Positions 46,690 through 58,059 of a stretch of DNA of 64,000 nucleotides are shown piece after piece. The stretch comes from Octopus sinensis (Eukaryota): assembly GCF_006345805.1 (NCBI RefSeq), contig NC_043004.1:103974001-104038000 (forward strand). The letters run 5' to 3'. Below the pieces are notes generated by a model that saw nothing but the letters and a program-made list of their open reading frames with translations, made no database searches and was not told the origin of the DNA. Made by a program: the position numbers and the translations under genes. Numbering within the stretch: position 1 is the stretch's first letter; each line of letters begins with the position of its first letter.

Positions 46690-47115
46690 TAGCTGGCCGT
46701 ATCGTTAGCACGCCAGGCAAAATGCCAAGCGGCATTTCGTCCGTCTTTATGTTCTGAGTTCAAATTCCGCCGAGGTTGACTTTGTCTTTCATCCTTACGG
46801 GGTTGATAAATTAAGTACCAGTTAAGTCTTGAGGTCGCTGTGGTCGATTATTCCCTTCCCCAGAAATTCAAGGCTTTGTGCCTAAGTTAGGAAGGATTGT
46901 TATATACACAGCTGGCCGTATCGTCGGAAAGCCGGACAAAATGCTTAGCTGTATTTCGTTCGTGTTTAAGTTCTGTGTTTAAATTTTGCCGAGGTCGACT
47001 TTGCTTTTCATCCTTTCCGGGTGGATAAAATAAGTACCAGTTGAGTACTGGGGGGGTCGATATAATTGACTTATCTGTACCCCGAAATTACTGGCCTTGT
47101 ATCAAAATTCGAAAC
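46690..47115 (+). mobile_element. Two head-to-tail SINE family A copies
   Basis: Both begin AGCTGGCCGTATCGT and carry GAGGT(T/C)GACTTTG..TAAGTACCAGTT. Confidence 0.9.
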
Positions 47116-47180
47116 CATCACCACCACCACCACCACCACCACTACTACTACTACTACTACTGCTACTGCTGCTGCTGCTG

Positions 47181-47216
<36 letters not shown>

Positions 47217-48227
47217 ACACTACTACTAACACTACTACTACTATCAACAACAGCAACAATAATGATAATAAAAATAATAATGTTCTTTTGATAAATGCAT
47301 AATATACCGAATTGAACACGATTTCGCAAAGTAGATTTCTGCTTATAATACCTTTTTTTGTTTTTTAATCTATTTCATTTTATTTACAATCTTTTCCACG
47401 CGATATTGGAACTTCTTAGGAATGCTATCTTCTGAAATTCTCGTATGGAATGTTTACCTGGCAGTTCTTCAGTTCTTCGATTTTCTGCTTTGCGTCGTGC
47501 TTACTGCTAACGTTTCCTATAATTACAGGAACTGTTCTGTGTCCATATTTCCACATTTTCGATATTTCCGTTCCGAAGTCTTTTTATGTTTGGAGAATAT
47601 TTCGCTCTCCTTTATTCAGATTTTTATTGTCTGTTGGGCAATCTACCTCACTAAATGCACGCAATTCTTTATAAACAAATAACACTGCGGTTCACTCTTA
47701 TCTCTTTATCTCTACATATTTACATATCCTATTGAACCGCGCAATTTCCATTCTCCTTCAGCCCTGACTGCCTTATCCACCACAAGCCAACGAGGATGCC
47801 TGTACTCGGTCACTAGAAATGCTAGAAATACCTGCCAAATCTTCACCAAATCACGCCCAACCATCTCAAAACCGAAAAAGTAAACAAGAAAATGAAAGCT
47901 GGGAAAAGATATTTTAGATAATGTAGTCTCGGTTATCCTCTCAAAAGACAGGATGGTCAATTCTAGAGTGCTTGTGATCATTGGTCTGCTCGATCGTAGA
48001 TGACTCGGGGTTAAACAAGAACAACAACTGGTGTACACATGCATCATTTATCTACTGGTGACATCTTAATTCCTTTATATATTTTCTCATGGTGATAGGC
48101 ACTTGCCCTTTCATGTTTCCTGTTTCATTCTAAAGTGGTGGGCATGGGGCAAGAGGTCAGAATGACACTGATAAACCTGGCCAGCTGAATTATATATACA
48201 AAATTCAAGTATGATATTTCGCTTCAG

Positions 48228-48284
<57 letters not shown>

Positions 48285-48397
48285 TCACACACACACACGC
48301 GCACACACACATAAATGCATACATGCATATATACGTGTGTGTGTGTGTGTGTGTTTGTGTGTTGGAGGTGTATGCATGTATAATAATAATAATAATA

Positions 48398-48445
<48 letters not shown>

Positions 48446-48446
<1 letters not shown>

Positions 48447-48822
48447 TGAGAAAGAAAAGAAACTATGCTGGATCATATATATTGCATGCCCAACTGACAA
48501 CGCGGTATGCGATAAGGAAGAAAGAAAAGTTGATAGATATGACAGGTTAGCTTGTTAAGTTAAGCAGTTGTGGTCGATAAAAGAGGTAGCAGTAGTACCA
48601 ATAATTGTCGGAGCCCTGGGAACAATGAGCAAAAATTTCGAGAAGTACGTAGAATAAACAGGGGCTGCAATAAGGGTGGAGTAGTTGCAGAAAACAGCAC
48701 TGCTTGGAACCGCTCGAATACTCCTGATGGTGCTCGAAAAATAAGAGTTGTTACCTTAGTTCACTGGTAGTGAACAGCTGACACCGTAGCACATCTCCAG
48801 CGTTAGAAGCTGTGCAAAGGCA
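48446..48822 (+). mobile_element. Dong/R4 3'-end fragment (RLE C-terminus and 3' UTR) inside (TAA)n
   Basis: EKEKKLCWIIYIACPTDNAVCDKEERKVDRY..VVPIIVGALGTMSK..LQKTALLGTARIL. (TAA)n at 48381-48445 and 48823-49049. Confidence 0.88.
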
Positions 48823-48850
48823 ATGATGATGATAATAATAATAGTAGTAC

Positions 48851-48912
<62 letters not shown>

Positions 48913-48918
48913 GTAATA

Positions 48919-49049
<131 letters not shown>

Positions 49050-49235
49050 GAAGGCGTCATTTAGTAGTACTAGACAAAAGAAAATCTCAAGTGCCAGGTA
49101 ATTAGCTTTACAGTCCCAAACGATGAGAAAGTCGATGTGAGAGGTACAGAGAAAATAGCAAAGTATCAGGATATACCCATTGAATTACAGAGGCTATGGA
49201 AAGTGTATATAAAATGTATCCTACTTTTGCTATGA
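49050..49235 (+). mobile_element. Dong/R4 RLE fragment, second subfamily
   Basis: HLVVLDKRK..FTVPNDEKVDVRGTEKIAKYQDIPIELQRLWKV, the PD-(D/E)XK region. Confidence 0.6.
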
Positions 49236-49239
49236 AGGA

Positions 49240-50195
49240 TGCTGACAAATAAAGAAATCATGGTACCTGATAACAAGGAAGAAAAAGAAGAAACAACAAA
49301 AGATGTAAAACAACTGAAATCCAAACTAAAACTGGAACTGCAACGAATCATAATAAAACGATGGCAAGAAAAGTCCCTTCATAGCAAATATAGAGTTAAA
49401 CTAAACAGGAAAATAGACAAGGCAAAAATCTCAACAATGGCTGAGAAGCTCCGGACTCAAAGCAGAGACTGAAGGATTTTTAATTGCAGCACAAGGCCAA
49501 ACCATACAACTTCCCACCAGAAATCACCAAAAATACATAATAAGAAGAAATACTTGTGACTGCAGAATATGTGGTGATGAAGAAACAATAAATCATATTG
49601 TCTCTGGCTGCCCAGTCCTGGCTAAGATAGAATGTAGTCACAGACACGACAGAGTTGGAACCTAGATACACTGGAAGCTATGTCAACACTATGGAATATC
49701 AACAGAAAAAAGATGGTATAGGCACACCCAAGAAAAGGTCACGGAAAAGGAAAAAGCAACCATTCTGGGATTAAAGAAATCAAGGCAGATAGACCGGATA
49801 TAGTTGTCAGAGATCACCGAGAAAAAAATGCTTTCTAATCGATGTATCAATACCAACAGATGACAACGTTTCTCTGAAAGAAACAGAGAAACTTTCAAAA
49901 TACAAAGATCTGAAAATAGAGGTAACTCGAATGTGGAGCCTAAAAACAATTCTTATTAGAGTAGGCGCATTAGGTATGATAAAAAAAAATTCAGACAAAT
50001 ACATAAAAGAACTCCCGGACTTACAAGTATATATAGCACACAGAACATAGCACCACTAGGCACCGCACACATTCCTACATAAAACACTTTCAATACAGTG
50101 AAAATAAGAGCACCACAACAAACCACAGCGCATACGTAAGGCACTCTGAGTTGCGCTCGGCAGTGCAGTGAAAGCACGTGATAAAAATAAAACTA
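49240..50195 (+). mobile_element. Dong/R4 3' fragment, third subfamily, with (TGA)n tail
   Basis: RWQEKSLHSKY, WLRSSGLKAETEGFLIAAQ, CRICGDEETINHIVSGCPVLA (CCHC), DRPDIVV, LIDVSIPTD..EKLSKYKDL and VGALGMI. The 3' UTR is followed by (TGA)n at 50199-50260. Confidence 0.9.
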
Positions 50196-50199
50196 CTGA

Positions 50200-50260
<61 letters not shown>

Positions 50261-50617
50261 CGATGATGACGACGACGACGACGACGACGACAACAACAAC
50301 AGCAACAATAATATCTACTATAGGCACAAAGCCTGAAATTTTGGAGGATAAAGATAATCGATTATATCCACCCCAGGGCTCGACTGGTCCTTATTTTAAC
50401 GATTCCAAAAGGATGAAAGTTAAAGCTGACTTCATCAGACTTAACTCTTCATCCTTTTGGGTAGTGTAGTATCGAAAGGCAATCTCTGTATCCAGCTTAA
50501 CGTACATGTTTTGTTAGAACGACGAATAATACGTTATTAGCCTTGAGAGTTCGTGCCACATAGACGCATGGTGCACAGATATATATATATATATATATAA
50601 TATATATATATATGCAT

Positions 50618-50665
<48 letters not shown>

Positions 50666-50934
50666 CGTATGTGAGATTTTCGAATTAGAAAATTTTCTAC
50701 TGGATCTAGACTCACAAGGCACATGAAAGTACAAAGCGAGTACCCGACTGCACCACATGAATATGAATGTTGCATTTGCAGCCTACAATATATAAAATTG
50801 CAAGTCATTGCAGGCTTTAAAAGTCATTGTATTTCCAACGGTCGTTGAAAAAGGAAGGAAAAAACATAAACAAAGGTAAAAAATAAACTAATTTGTCAGC
50901 GATTGTCATACTCGTCTAACGAGTCGACAGCCGC

Positions 50935-51570
50935 CTTGTGTGTATGTATGTATGTATGTATGTATGTATGTATGTATGTATGTATGGATGGATGGATGTA
51001 TGTATGTATGTATGTATGCGTGTATGTATGCGTGTATATATGCATGTATGTATGTATGTATGTATATGTATGTATATATGTATGTATGTTTATGTAGGTA
51101 TGTATGTATTATGTATGTGTATGTATGTATGCATGTATGTATATGTATGTATATATGTATGTATGTATATGTGTATGTATGTGTGTATATATATGTATAT
51201 ATATATATGTATGTGTGTGTAGGTGTGTGTATGTGTACGTACATTCGTATGTATGTATGTATATATGCATGTATGTACGTACATACGTATGTATGTATAT
51301 ATGTATGTACGTACGTACGTACGTATGTATGTACGTATGTGTGTATGTATGTACTACGTATGTATGTGTGTATAGGTGTGTGTGTGTGTGTGTGTACGTA
51401 CATTCGTATGTATGTATTTATGCATGCATATACGTACATACGTATGTATGTATATATGTATGTATGTACGTACGTACGTGTATATGTATGTATGTTATGT
51501 ATGTATGTATGTATGTATGTATGTATGTATGTATGTATGTACTACGTACGTATGTGTGTGTGTGCGTGCA
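50935..51570. repeat. (TATG)n/(TACG)n compound microsatellite
   Basis: Direct reading. Contains a duplicated GTGTACGTACATTCGTATGTATGTA block. Confidence 0.97.
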
Positions 51571-52479
51571 TGTACTCGGAAGAGCTGAAAAACCTAAAAT
51601 AAAAACAAAACAAGAAGAGGTGACCAAGTGGCCGAGGGACTCCTTCTCTTGGCCACAATCAGACAATCAGCTGCGTCATCTTATTGTCTTGTAATAATAG
51701 GTGCGGGTTACGTTATGTGTTTTAGTAATCGGGTGGTGATTGTACAAAGTATGTGACGTGTGATGTGTATTATGGGATATAATGTCGGGTGGTAATTGGG
51801 TAGAATATGTTGTGGAGGCTGCGTGGGTTGTTTTAGGGTATTGAGTGACAATTAGATAGAATATGAGTTCTGTGGGCTGTAATTGGAGTGTGTGGGGAGT
51901 GTTATAATATTGGGTATCGATTGTGTAAAAGTGTGTGTTTGTGTGTGATGTGTTATTTTTATCGTTTGCACCTTACGATAAGGCAAACTTGAAGAGAAAC
52001 CCATTTCGCCTTACGTCGATGATTGTTCTTTGCAAAAGAAACGAAGTAAGTTTGTAGGACTAGCAATTTCATCCTTTCGGAGTCGATAAATTAAGTACCA
52101 GTTGCGTACTGGGGTCGATCTAATCGATTGGCTCCTCGCCCAAAATTTCGATCCTTGTGCCCAGAGTAGAAAAGAATTTATTAGATTGAATAGGTGCTGG
52201 GTTCGGAATTTGGAGGGTTTCCGAGTGATAGACTAATAGTAAAAAAAAAATACCCTACAACTTGTCCATACGAACCACTACCGTACAATTTTGTACAGTA
52301 CAGAGATTTGTTGCCCAGTTTAACACCGGAGATACTCACGAGCACTTCCAGCCATTGTGTTTCAGAGGTGTAACAGAAGACCAGTATCGTTGGACGCTTT
52401 GGCCCAACACGGCTGAGCGTTCTCACGCGTTGTATCCATGAGTAACCAGCCCTAAAAGTTTTCCATGATTTTACTTTAA

Positions 52480-52690
52480 TGTATGACGGGGTGCCGAAAA
52501 GATCCTGGCTTTGGATAAAAGAAAATAGAGGAGGATCAATTAATTATGATTTTATTAAATATATTCCCCTCTCAGATTCACACACTTATTGTAGCGGTCC
52601 CTCAATTTTTCTATGTCCGTAAAGGTACAAGGAAGTTTGGGCCTCCAACCAGGCCTTTTGCAATCCCCTTAAAGTCAAGAGATTCTCAGC
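52480..52690. mobile_element. Mariner-type terminal fragment
   Basis: TATGACGGGGTGCCGAAAAGATCCTGG..TTTATTAAATATATTCCCC..CACACACTTATTGTAGCGG resembles mariner left ends (recall only). Confidence 0.5.
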
Positions 52691-52719
52691 ACCATTCCTC
52701 CTATATCTTTGTTGTCCTT

Positions 52720-52930
52720 TACTCTTTTACTCTTTTACTTGTTTCAGTCATGTGACTGTGGCCATGCTGGAGCATCGCCTTTAGTTGAGCAAATCGACCC
52801 CAGGACTTCTTCTTTGTAAGCCTAGTACTTGTTCTATCGGTTTCTTTTGCCGAACTGCTAAGTTACGGGGACGTAAACACACCAGCATCGGTTGTCAAGC
52901 GATGTTGGGGGACAAAACACAGACACACAA

Positions 52931-52965
<35 letters not shown>

Positions 52966-53135
52966 CATACATATATACGACGGGCTTCTTTCAGTTTCCG
53001 TCTACCAATTCCATTCACAAGGCTTTGGTCGGCCCGAGGCTATAGTAGAAGACACTTGCCCAAGGTGCCACGCAGTGGGACTGAACCCGGAACCATGTGG
53101 TTGGTAAGCAAGCTACTTACCACACAGCCACTTCT
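52720..53135 (-). mobile_element. SINE family B, full length and low divergence
   Basis: Head AGTGGCTGTGTGGTAAGTAGCTTGCTTACCAACCACATGGTTCCGGGTTCAGTCCC (minus), CORE-like CCTTGGGCAAGT, and tail (AAAGAGT)n. Confidence 0.93.
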
Positions 53136-53710
53136 ACGTTCTGTATGGTTTTTACATTTATTCAATTATTGTTATCAGTTCTTTTTGCATGTTCATTGCA
53201 TAAATGGCGTCTTTTCATGTAACTTTGTTTTGTCTAACGCTACATGTTTTGTAACACACCACGTTTTAACATTTGTTGTTAGCGTGAGCCCTTGTGGCTA
53301 ACAAACGAACAAATTATCGCAACCACCACCATCATCATCATCATCATCATCATCACCACCATCACCACCACCACCACCACCACTGTTAAGACACTACCAG
53401 AAAATCATTGCCATCATCATCATCTTCATGTTTTCAACAATTATATGTGAGTTTCTGATGCCCCGGATTTGAGTTGTGGGAATTATGTTATGTGTATGTT
53501 TTGTGTGAGTTTTAAATATAGGGTGGGGATCGTATAAAATATGTAATGTGTAGTGTGTGTGTGTGTGTGTAATATGATTTCACGTAGAACGATAATTGTG
53601 TAAAATATGTGTTGTAATGGTCGCGGTATATTACTGGGCGGAATTTGGGTAGATTACAAGTTGTGTCAGCCGTCATTAGCGTTTGAGATTTATTAATATA
53701 ATGCAATATT

Positions 53711-53899
53711 CACATTATATACATTCGACGGATATTTGTCCTCATCTTGTTTGTTGTTAACCCAACGTTTCGGCTGATATGCCCTCCAGCCTTCTTCAGG
53801 TGTCTTGGGGATATTTCGAACCTGGGTTCTCATTCCTAAGGTACTTTTCGAGTATCATTATTATCATTATTATTGTTCAAGTCACTGCTTGGAATCGAA
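53711..53899 (-). mobile_element. Hammerhead-bearing SINE (family D), 5'-truncated
   Basis: Minus strand: TTCGATTCC (B-box half), then ACCTTAGGAATGAGAACCCAGGTTCGAAA, then GACAC-CTGAAGA-A-GGCTG..CAGCC-GAAA-CGTT-GGGTT, then the tail. Confidence 0.85.
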
Positions 53900-53985
53900 G
53901 CAGATATGAGCAGCATACGGGAACCGGTATTAAGGAAGGATAGAAAAATATTAGATTTATAAGCCCTAAAATTCACTCCGTAATT

Positions 53986-54185
53986 GCCCACGGGCATATG
54001 GTGTAGTGGTTAAAAGCGCGGGCTACTAACTCCGAGTTCGATTCCAAATAACCTTAGGCATGAGAACCCAGGTTCGAAATGTCCCCAAGACACCTGAAGA
54101 AGGCTGGAGCGTATATCAGCCGAAACGTTGTGTTGAATGTAAATAATGTACATAATTCCTCATCTCTTAAATATAGAACTGTATT
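53986..54185 (+). mobile_element. Hammerhead-bearing SINE (family D) with tRNA-like head
   Basis: A box TGGTGTAGTGG (53999-54009), B box GAGTTCGATTC (54034-54044), body 79/84 identical to the inverted copy, and a hammerhead at 54089-54134. Confidence 0.85.
54089..54134 (+). ncRNA. Minimal type I hammerhead ribozyme, core intact
   Basis: Stem I GACAC/GTGTT, core CTGAAGA (54094-54100), extra A, stem II GGCTG/CAGCC with a 10-nt loop, GAAA (54122-54125), loopless palindromic stem III (AACGTT), predicted GUU cleavage after 54129. Confidence 0.75.
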
Positions 54186-54254
54186 AATATAATAGTTTGG
54201 GATGTCATTTTGGTAAGAGTGCCTATCGTGTTAATTTGTTGTGTAGTGAATTGT

Positions 54255-54345
54255 CGGAATTTGAATTCAGAACATAAAGACGGACGAAATGTTGCTAAGC
54301 ATTTTGCCCGGCATGCTAACGATTCTGCCAACTTGCGGCCTTAAT
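54255..54345 (-). mobile_element. SINE family A head fragment
   Basis: CGGAATTTGAATTCAGAACATAAAGACGGACGAAATGTTGCTAAGCATTTTGCCCGGCATGCTAACGATTCTGCCA. Confidence 0.85.
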
Positions 54346-54656
54346 GTATTACATTATTGACTGGTGGCCGTAAAAAAGCAGTTTTCAAAATGTTTCGATT
54401 CACAACACACTGTGAGTTATGCTGTTGTACTGAAAGCGTAGGATGTGAGCCGCACTTATCAGGGTCATTTACTGGATCGCGTAGTTGTGACTGCTCTTAT
54501 CGATTGTCTGTGTTTGTTTTTTCATTAACTATTATCTTCATTATCGTATTTTGTGATCCAGTTATTATAAAGAGTATTTTCACTTTTGCATTCAACATCT
54601 TGTTAACGTCGGAATGTTGTTGCTATTATTGTTGTTGTCGTTGTTTTTATATTTTA

Positions 54657-55051
54657 ACTAGCAGTATCGCCCGGCGTTGCTCGGGTTTGTAAGGGAAATA
54701 ACTATATAAGCATTTTTAGAGATGTAAAGTATAACAGCCATCTCAATATGGCTAACCACAAAGGGGGGGGGTGTTACTGTAGCTTTTTACGTTCTGAGAT
54801 TTAATAATAATTTTTTAGAGAGTTACTTCCCTTATATATGCCAAAAAATGCATTAAAAATGGGAAAAATTGATGGTAATTTTTTTTTTAAATCGTAGACT
54901 CACCGTAGACGCGCGCTAATACCCAGAAGGGCTCGATATGAATCACGACTATAAGATACCCGGTTTTGGTTAAACTGCACCGCAAAATGTGGGAGTAGTT
55001 AGGAATCTAAATCGTAGGAGACAGACAGCACACAACCTCTCTTTTATATAT
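54657..55051 (+). mobile_element. Non-autonomous Helentron/Helitron-type element, copy 2
   Basis: Colinear and highly similar to 22179-22579, inserted in a T-rich context. Confidence 0.75.
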
Positions 55052-55193
55052 TTTAATGTTCAAATGTCGCAAACTGTTCAACTATATTGTTGTTGTTTAC
55101 CTTACATTCATTGCATGTTGGCAACATCTTATTCCCTACAAATTGCCTACTTGAGTCAACGTTTGAAATCGCATCACGCATCAACATTATCAG

Positions 55194-55277
55194 CTCCAGC
55201 AGCAGTAACAGCAGCCCGTATAGGCGGGTGGTGGCGAGTATTGGAGCATATGAACCCCCGTCGCTTCGACGATAAAC
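55194..55277 (+). CDS. Candidate 84-nt internal coding exon (phase 1/1) of an unidentified gene
   Basis: Acceptor ATTATCAG| at 55193 and consensus donor AAC|GTAAGT at 55278. Only one frame is open: (A)PAAVTAARIGGWWRVLEHMNPRRFDDK(R). No homologue was recognised. Confidence 0.3.
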
Positions 55278-56313
55278 GTAAGTGGTTGAACATTCAACAA
55301 ACATGCGTACCCTTCACGTACCTTTCAAGTGGAATCAGCGTAAGAAAGCTGAAGGCTTAGGTCGACCCGAGACTGAAACACTTGTCCAAGCTCTTACGCA
55401 GAAGAACAGTGCCCGTGACTTCAGGATTGCGATGCGAACTTCGACCATGGTTCGTCCTTGTTTATTGGAGTACGTAGGTAAAGCCTAGCAGAGTTAAATT
55501 CTCGACTAAGTTTTTTCCCTCTTTGTTGTCGTCATATTTCCACTTTAGTTACATCACCTGTAACATTGGAAAGGGCATGAACGCCATATAATCTCAGTCT
55601 TATAAATTATTGACCTGTTGTCTAAGCTAAGGATCATTATTATTTTGGTGATTGACGAAATTTCTATAACAACTGATGTTGTTAGTTCCTGGTTCAACTG
55701 ACAGTGCGATGCAGTTACAAATCCTTACTTTTTCTCCACACTGTACGCCACAGTCGGCTACTATTTTCACCAAACACTTTTTCTTCATTCGCGTAGCAAG
55801 GGTTCATAGCACCTGGGAGTAAAAACGGTTTTGACGACCTCACTATAATTAACAGGCATGGCAAGCAACCACTTTACTTTTCGCTCCTTCATACCTCTAC
55901 TCTCGTCTCATCCCCGTCTTGCTACACTTCTGCGTTTCTCGTCTTTCTCGAAAGATAAAGTTCCCTTGCTGCAGAATAGCAAGCCCTTTGATCCACCCGA
56001 ATACCGTTTTATTGTTTTCACTTCAAATATCACAATGATACTTGAATACAATTTTAAACAGCCATCGCCTTCATCTTGTGGAGGTTCTCCATCTCTTACT
56101 ACAAATCACTGGTGCAGTTTCCGTGGAAGCCAGGCGAACCGGTTCTTACTTTGTCACGTACGAGTGGTCTTTCATCTCCCAGTACTTCGTCTAGGTTAAC
56201 GCTATAAGTTTTGATTGTTAAAAAAATTGACTATAACTCCTAGTGAAGTTGTCCTCATAAGTACACCATCTATCTGTAACGGCCGTGCGAAGAGAACTGA
56301 CGAGAATGGCTCC

Positions 56314-57195
56314 TGTAGTACTTCACACGGTCGATACAATAAATATAAAAAGGATAAATGCGTATATGAGCCAGAGGGAGAAGAGTGACACAACCGGGTA
56401 GGAGGTTTAAGAGAAGCTTTATTGATGTGTTAACATGTGTGACTGTGTGTGCGTCATGTATACAGAATAATAGACAGGCCGTCATAAGAACAAAATGTAT
56501 GTGTGTACATAGGCATGAATGTGTGCGTGTGCGTTAAGTACAGAGCATTGAAAGAGTCTATAACGTGAAGTTAGAAGAATGTTCAGACGCAAGAATGAGA
56601 AATACCAGTTGGTAGTCAATTGTACACAATAGTTAAAATGTTGTATCAAGAAGTTGCGGTGATGATGCAGAGCCGGTTGTAGTACATGTACGTACGTTAG
56701 GTTGTGGCTGTGATGCTGCTGCCTGGGTCATTTGGTACAGGAGTTTTCGCTGGTTGTATTTTGTTGTTAACCATGGTGAAGTAATTCACGAACAGTGTTG
56801 TGTTAGAACCTGTACGAGTGTTGCTTGTTGCTGTGTACGTTGAGAAATGATGTTGGCGTTAGGACGAATGGTGGCGACGGAGATGGAAGTCGTTGAATGC
56901 TGTTGGACGAAGTTGATGAGTTTCCATGTGGCTGCTGTTGTGTTGTCACTGGAACTGGGTGTGTCCTGTGTGGCCGGTGGCTAGACCTTAAAAGGCCTGG
57001 GACCAAAGACAATCGAGATGATGTGAAGCTGGAGTTTTTATAGGGAGCAGTCGGCTCAAACTAAAGGCTGGGACTAGTTGAATTGCGTAGTGGCGCGTGA
57101 CAGAACAAGAGACAAATTTCGCCAATACCAACCAATCAGAGTAGTGGACATAACAGGGTCCAAAATCAGCCAAAGACTAGCTGTTATCTACTACG
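56314..57195 (-). mobile_element. Probable solo LTR (Gypsy/BEL type)
   Basis: Inverted termini TGTAGTA (56314) and TACTACG (57195, terminal base mutated). Minus-strand TATAAAA at 57042-57036, CCAAT boxes at 57122 and 57132, and AATAAA at 56423-56418, in U3-R-U5 order. The TSD is not clean. Confidence 0.5.
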
Positions 57196-58059
57196 TCCGT
57201 ATTTATGTGTATATAACAGAGAGGAGAGGAATTTCCCTCAAGTGTCCGCTACATATCTTTCAATTTTTATGGAACCATCCTAGCTCTCATAGTGCCGGTT
57301 GTTCAGTTTCCGGAGCGACGTGAAATGAAGTGTTTTGCTAAAAAAAAAAAAAAAAACGAACACAACGCACCGTTCGCGCCCCATCTGCAAAACGAAACCA
57401 CGATCTTCCGATCGTAATTGCTTCACCGTAAGCACGAGGTCACGTGCCTTCGCTGAAATATCGGAATTCTAAAACTGATCAAGATACAGTGCTGAGCTCG
57501 AGTACTTCTGTCAAAATTTATATCGTGATAAAAACAATATGTGGTGGAAATAACAGCCAAATCGCCCTCAAATTGCTTTAAAATATAAACAAAGGAAGAC
57601 ATTTTTTCATCCAAGATTTCTTTGAAAGAACAAAACAAAAAAAAAATTACAGGATGAGCATGGCGGAACGCTTTTGATCAAAGATCTGCCAGAGCAGAGC
57701 TGACCTCAAGCTAAACCAGCTTCACCAGCAGCAGCACCATCATCATCATCATCATCATCATCACCAAAAACAACAATAGCAACAACAGTTGTATCTGAAG
57801 GATGATGATGTGGCGTTAGCTTTGCGGCAATTTGAATTCACGACCTGGTTCCGACTCTGTTTTCACTCAGTTCACTAAATCCCATGGGAAAGGCATGAAC
57901 TTACCAGGTCATCCCTCCTTCTAACGCTGCCCCACCCCTACCTCACCACCACCAAATACTCGCTTTCCCCATGATAGCTCTGAGGCCTTCATGCCTCTCC
58001 TGAGAAACAGTAATTAATTGAAATTAAGTGAACGTGTTTAAAGCACAGAGAAACAAAAA

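Noticed and set aside
57650-57800. His/Gln-rich stretch resembling a transcription-factor exon
   Set aside because: There is an in-frame TAG within the CAA run, and it is (CAT)n/(CAA)n microsatellite.
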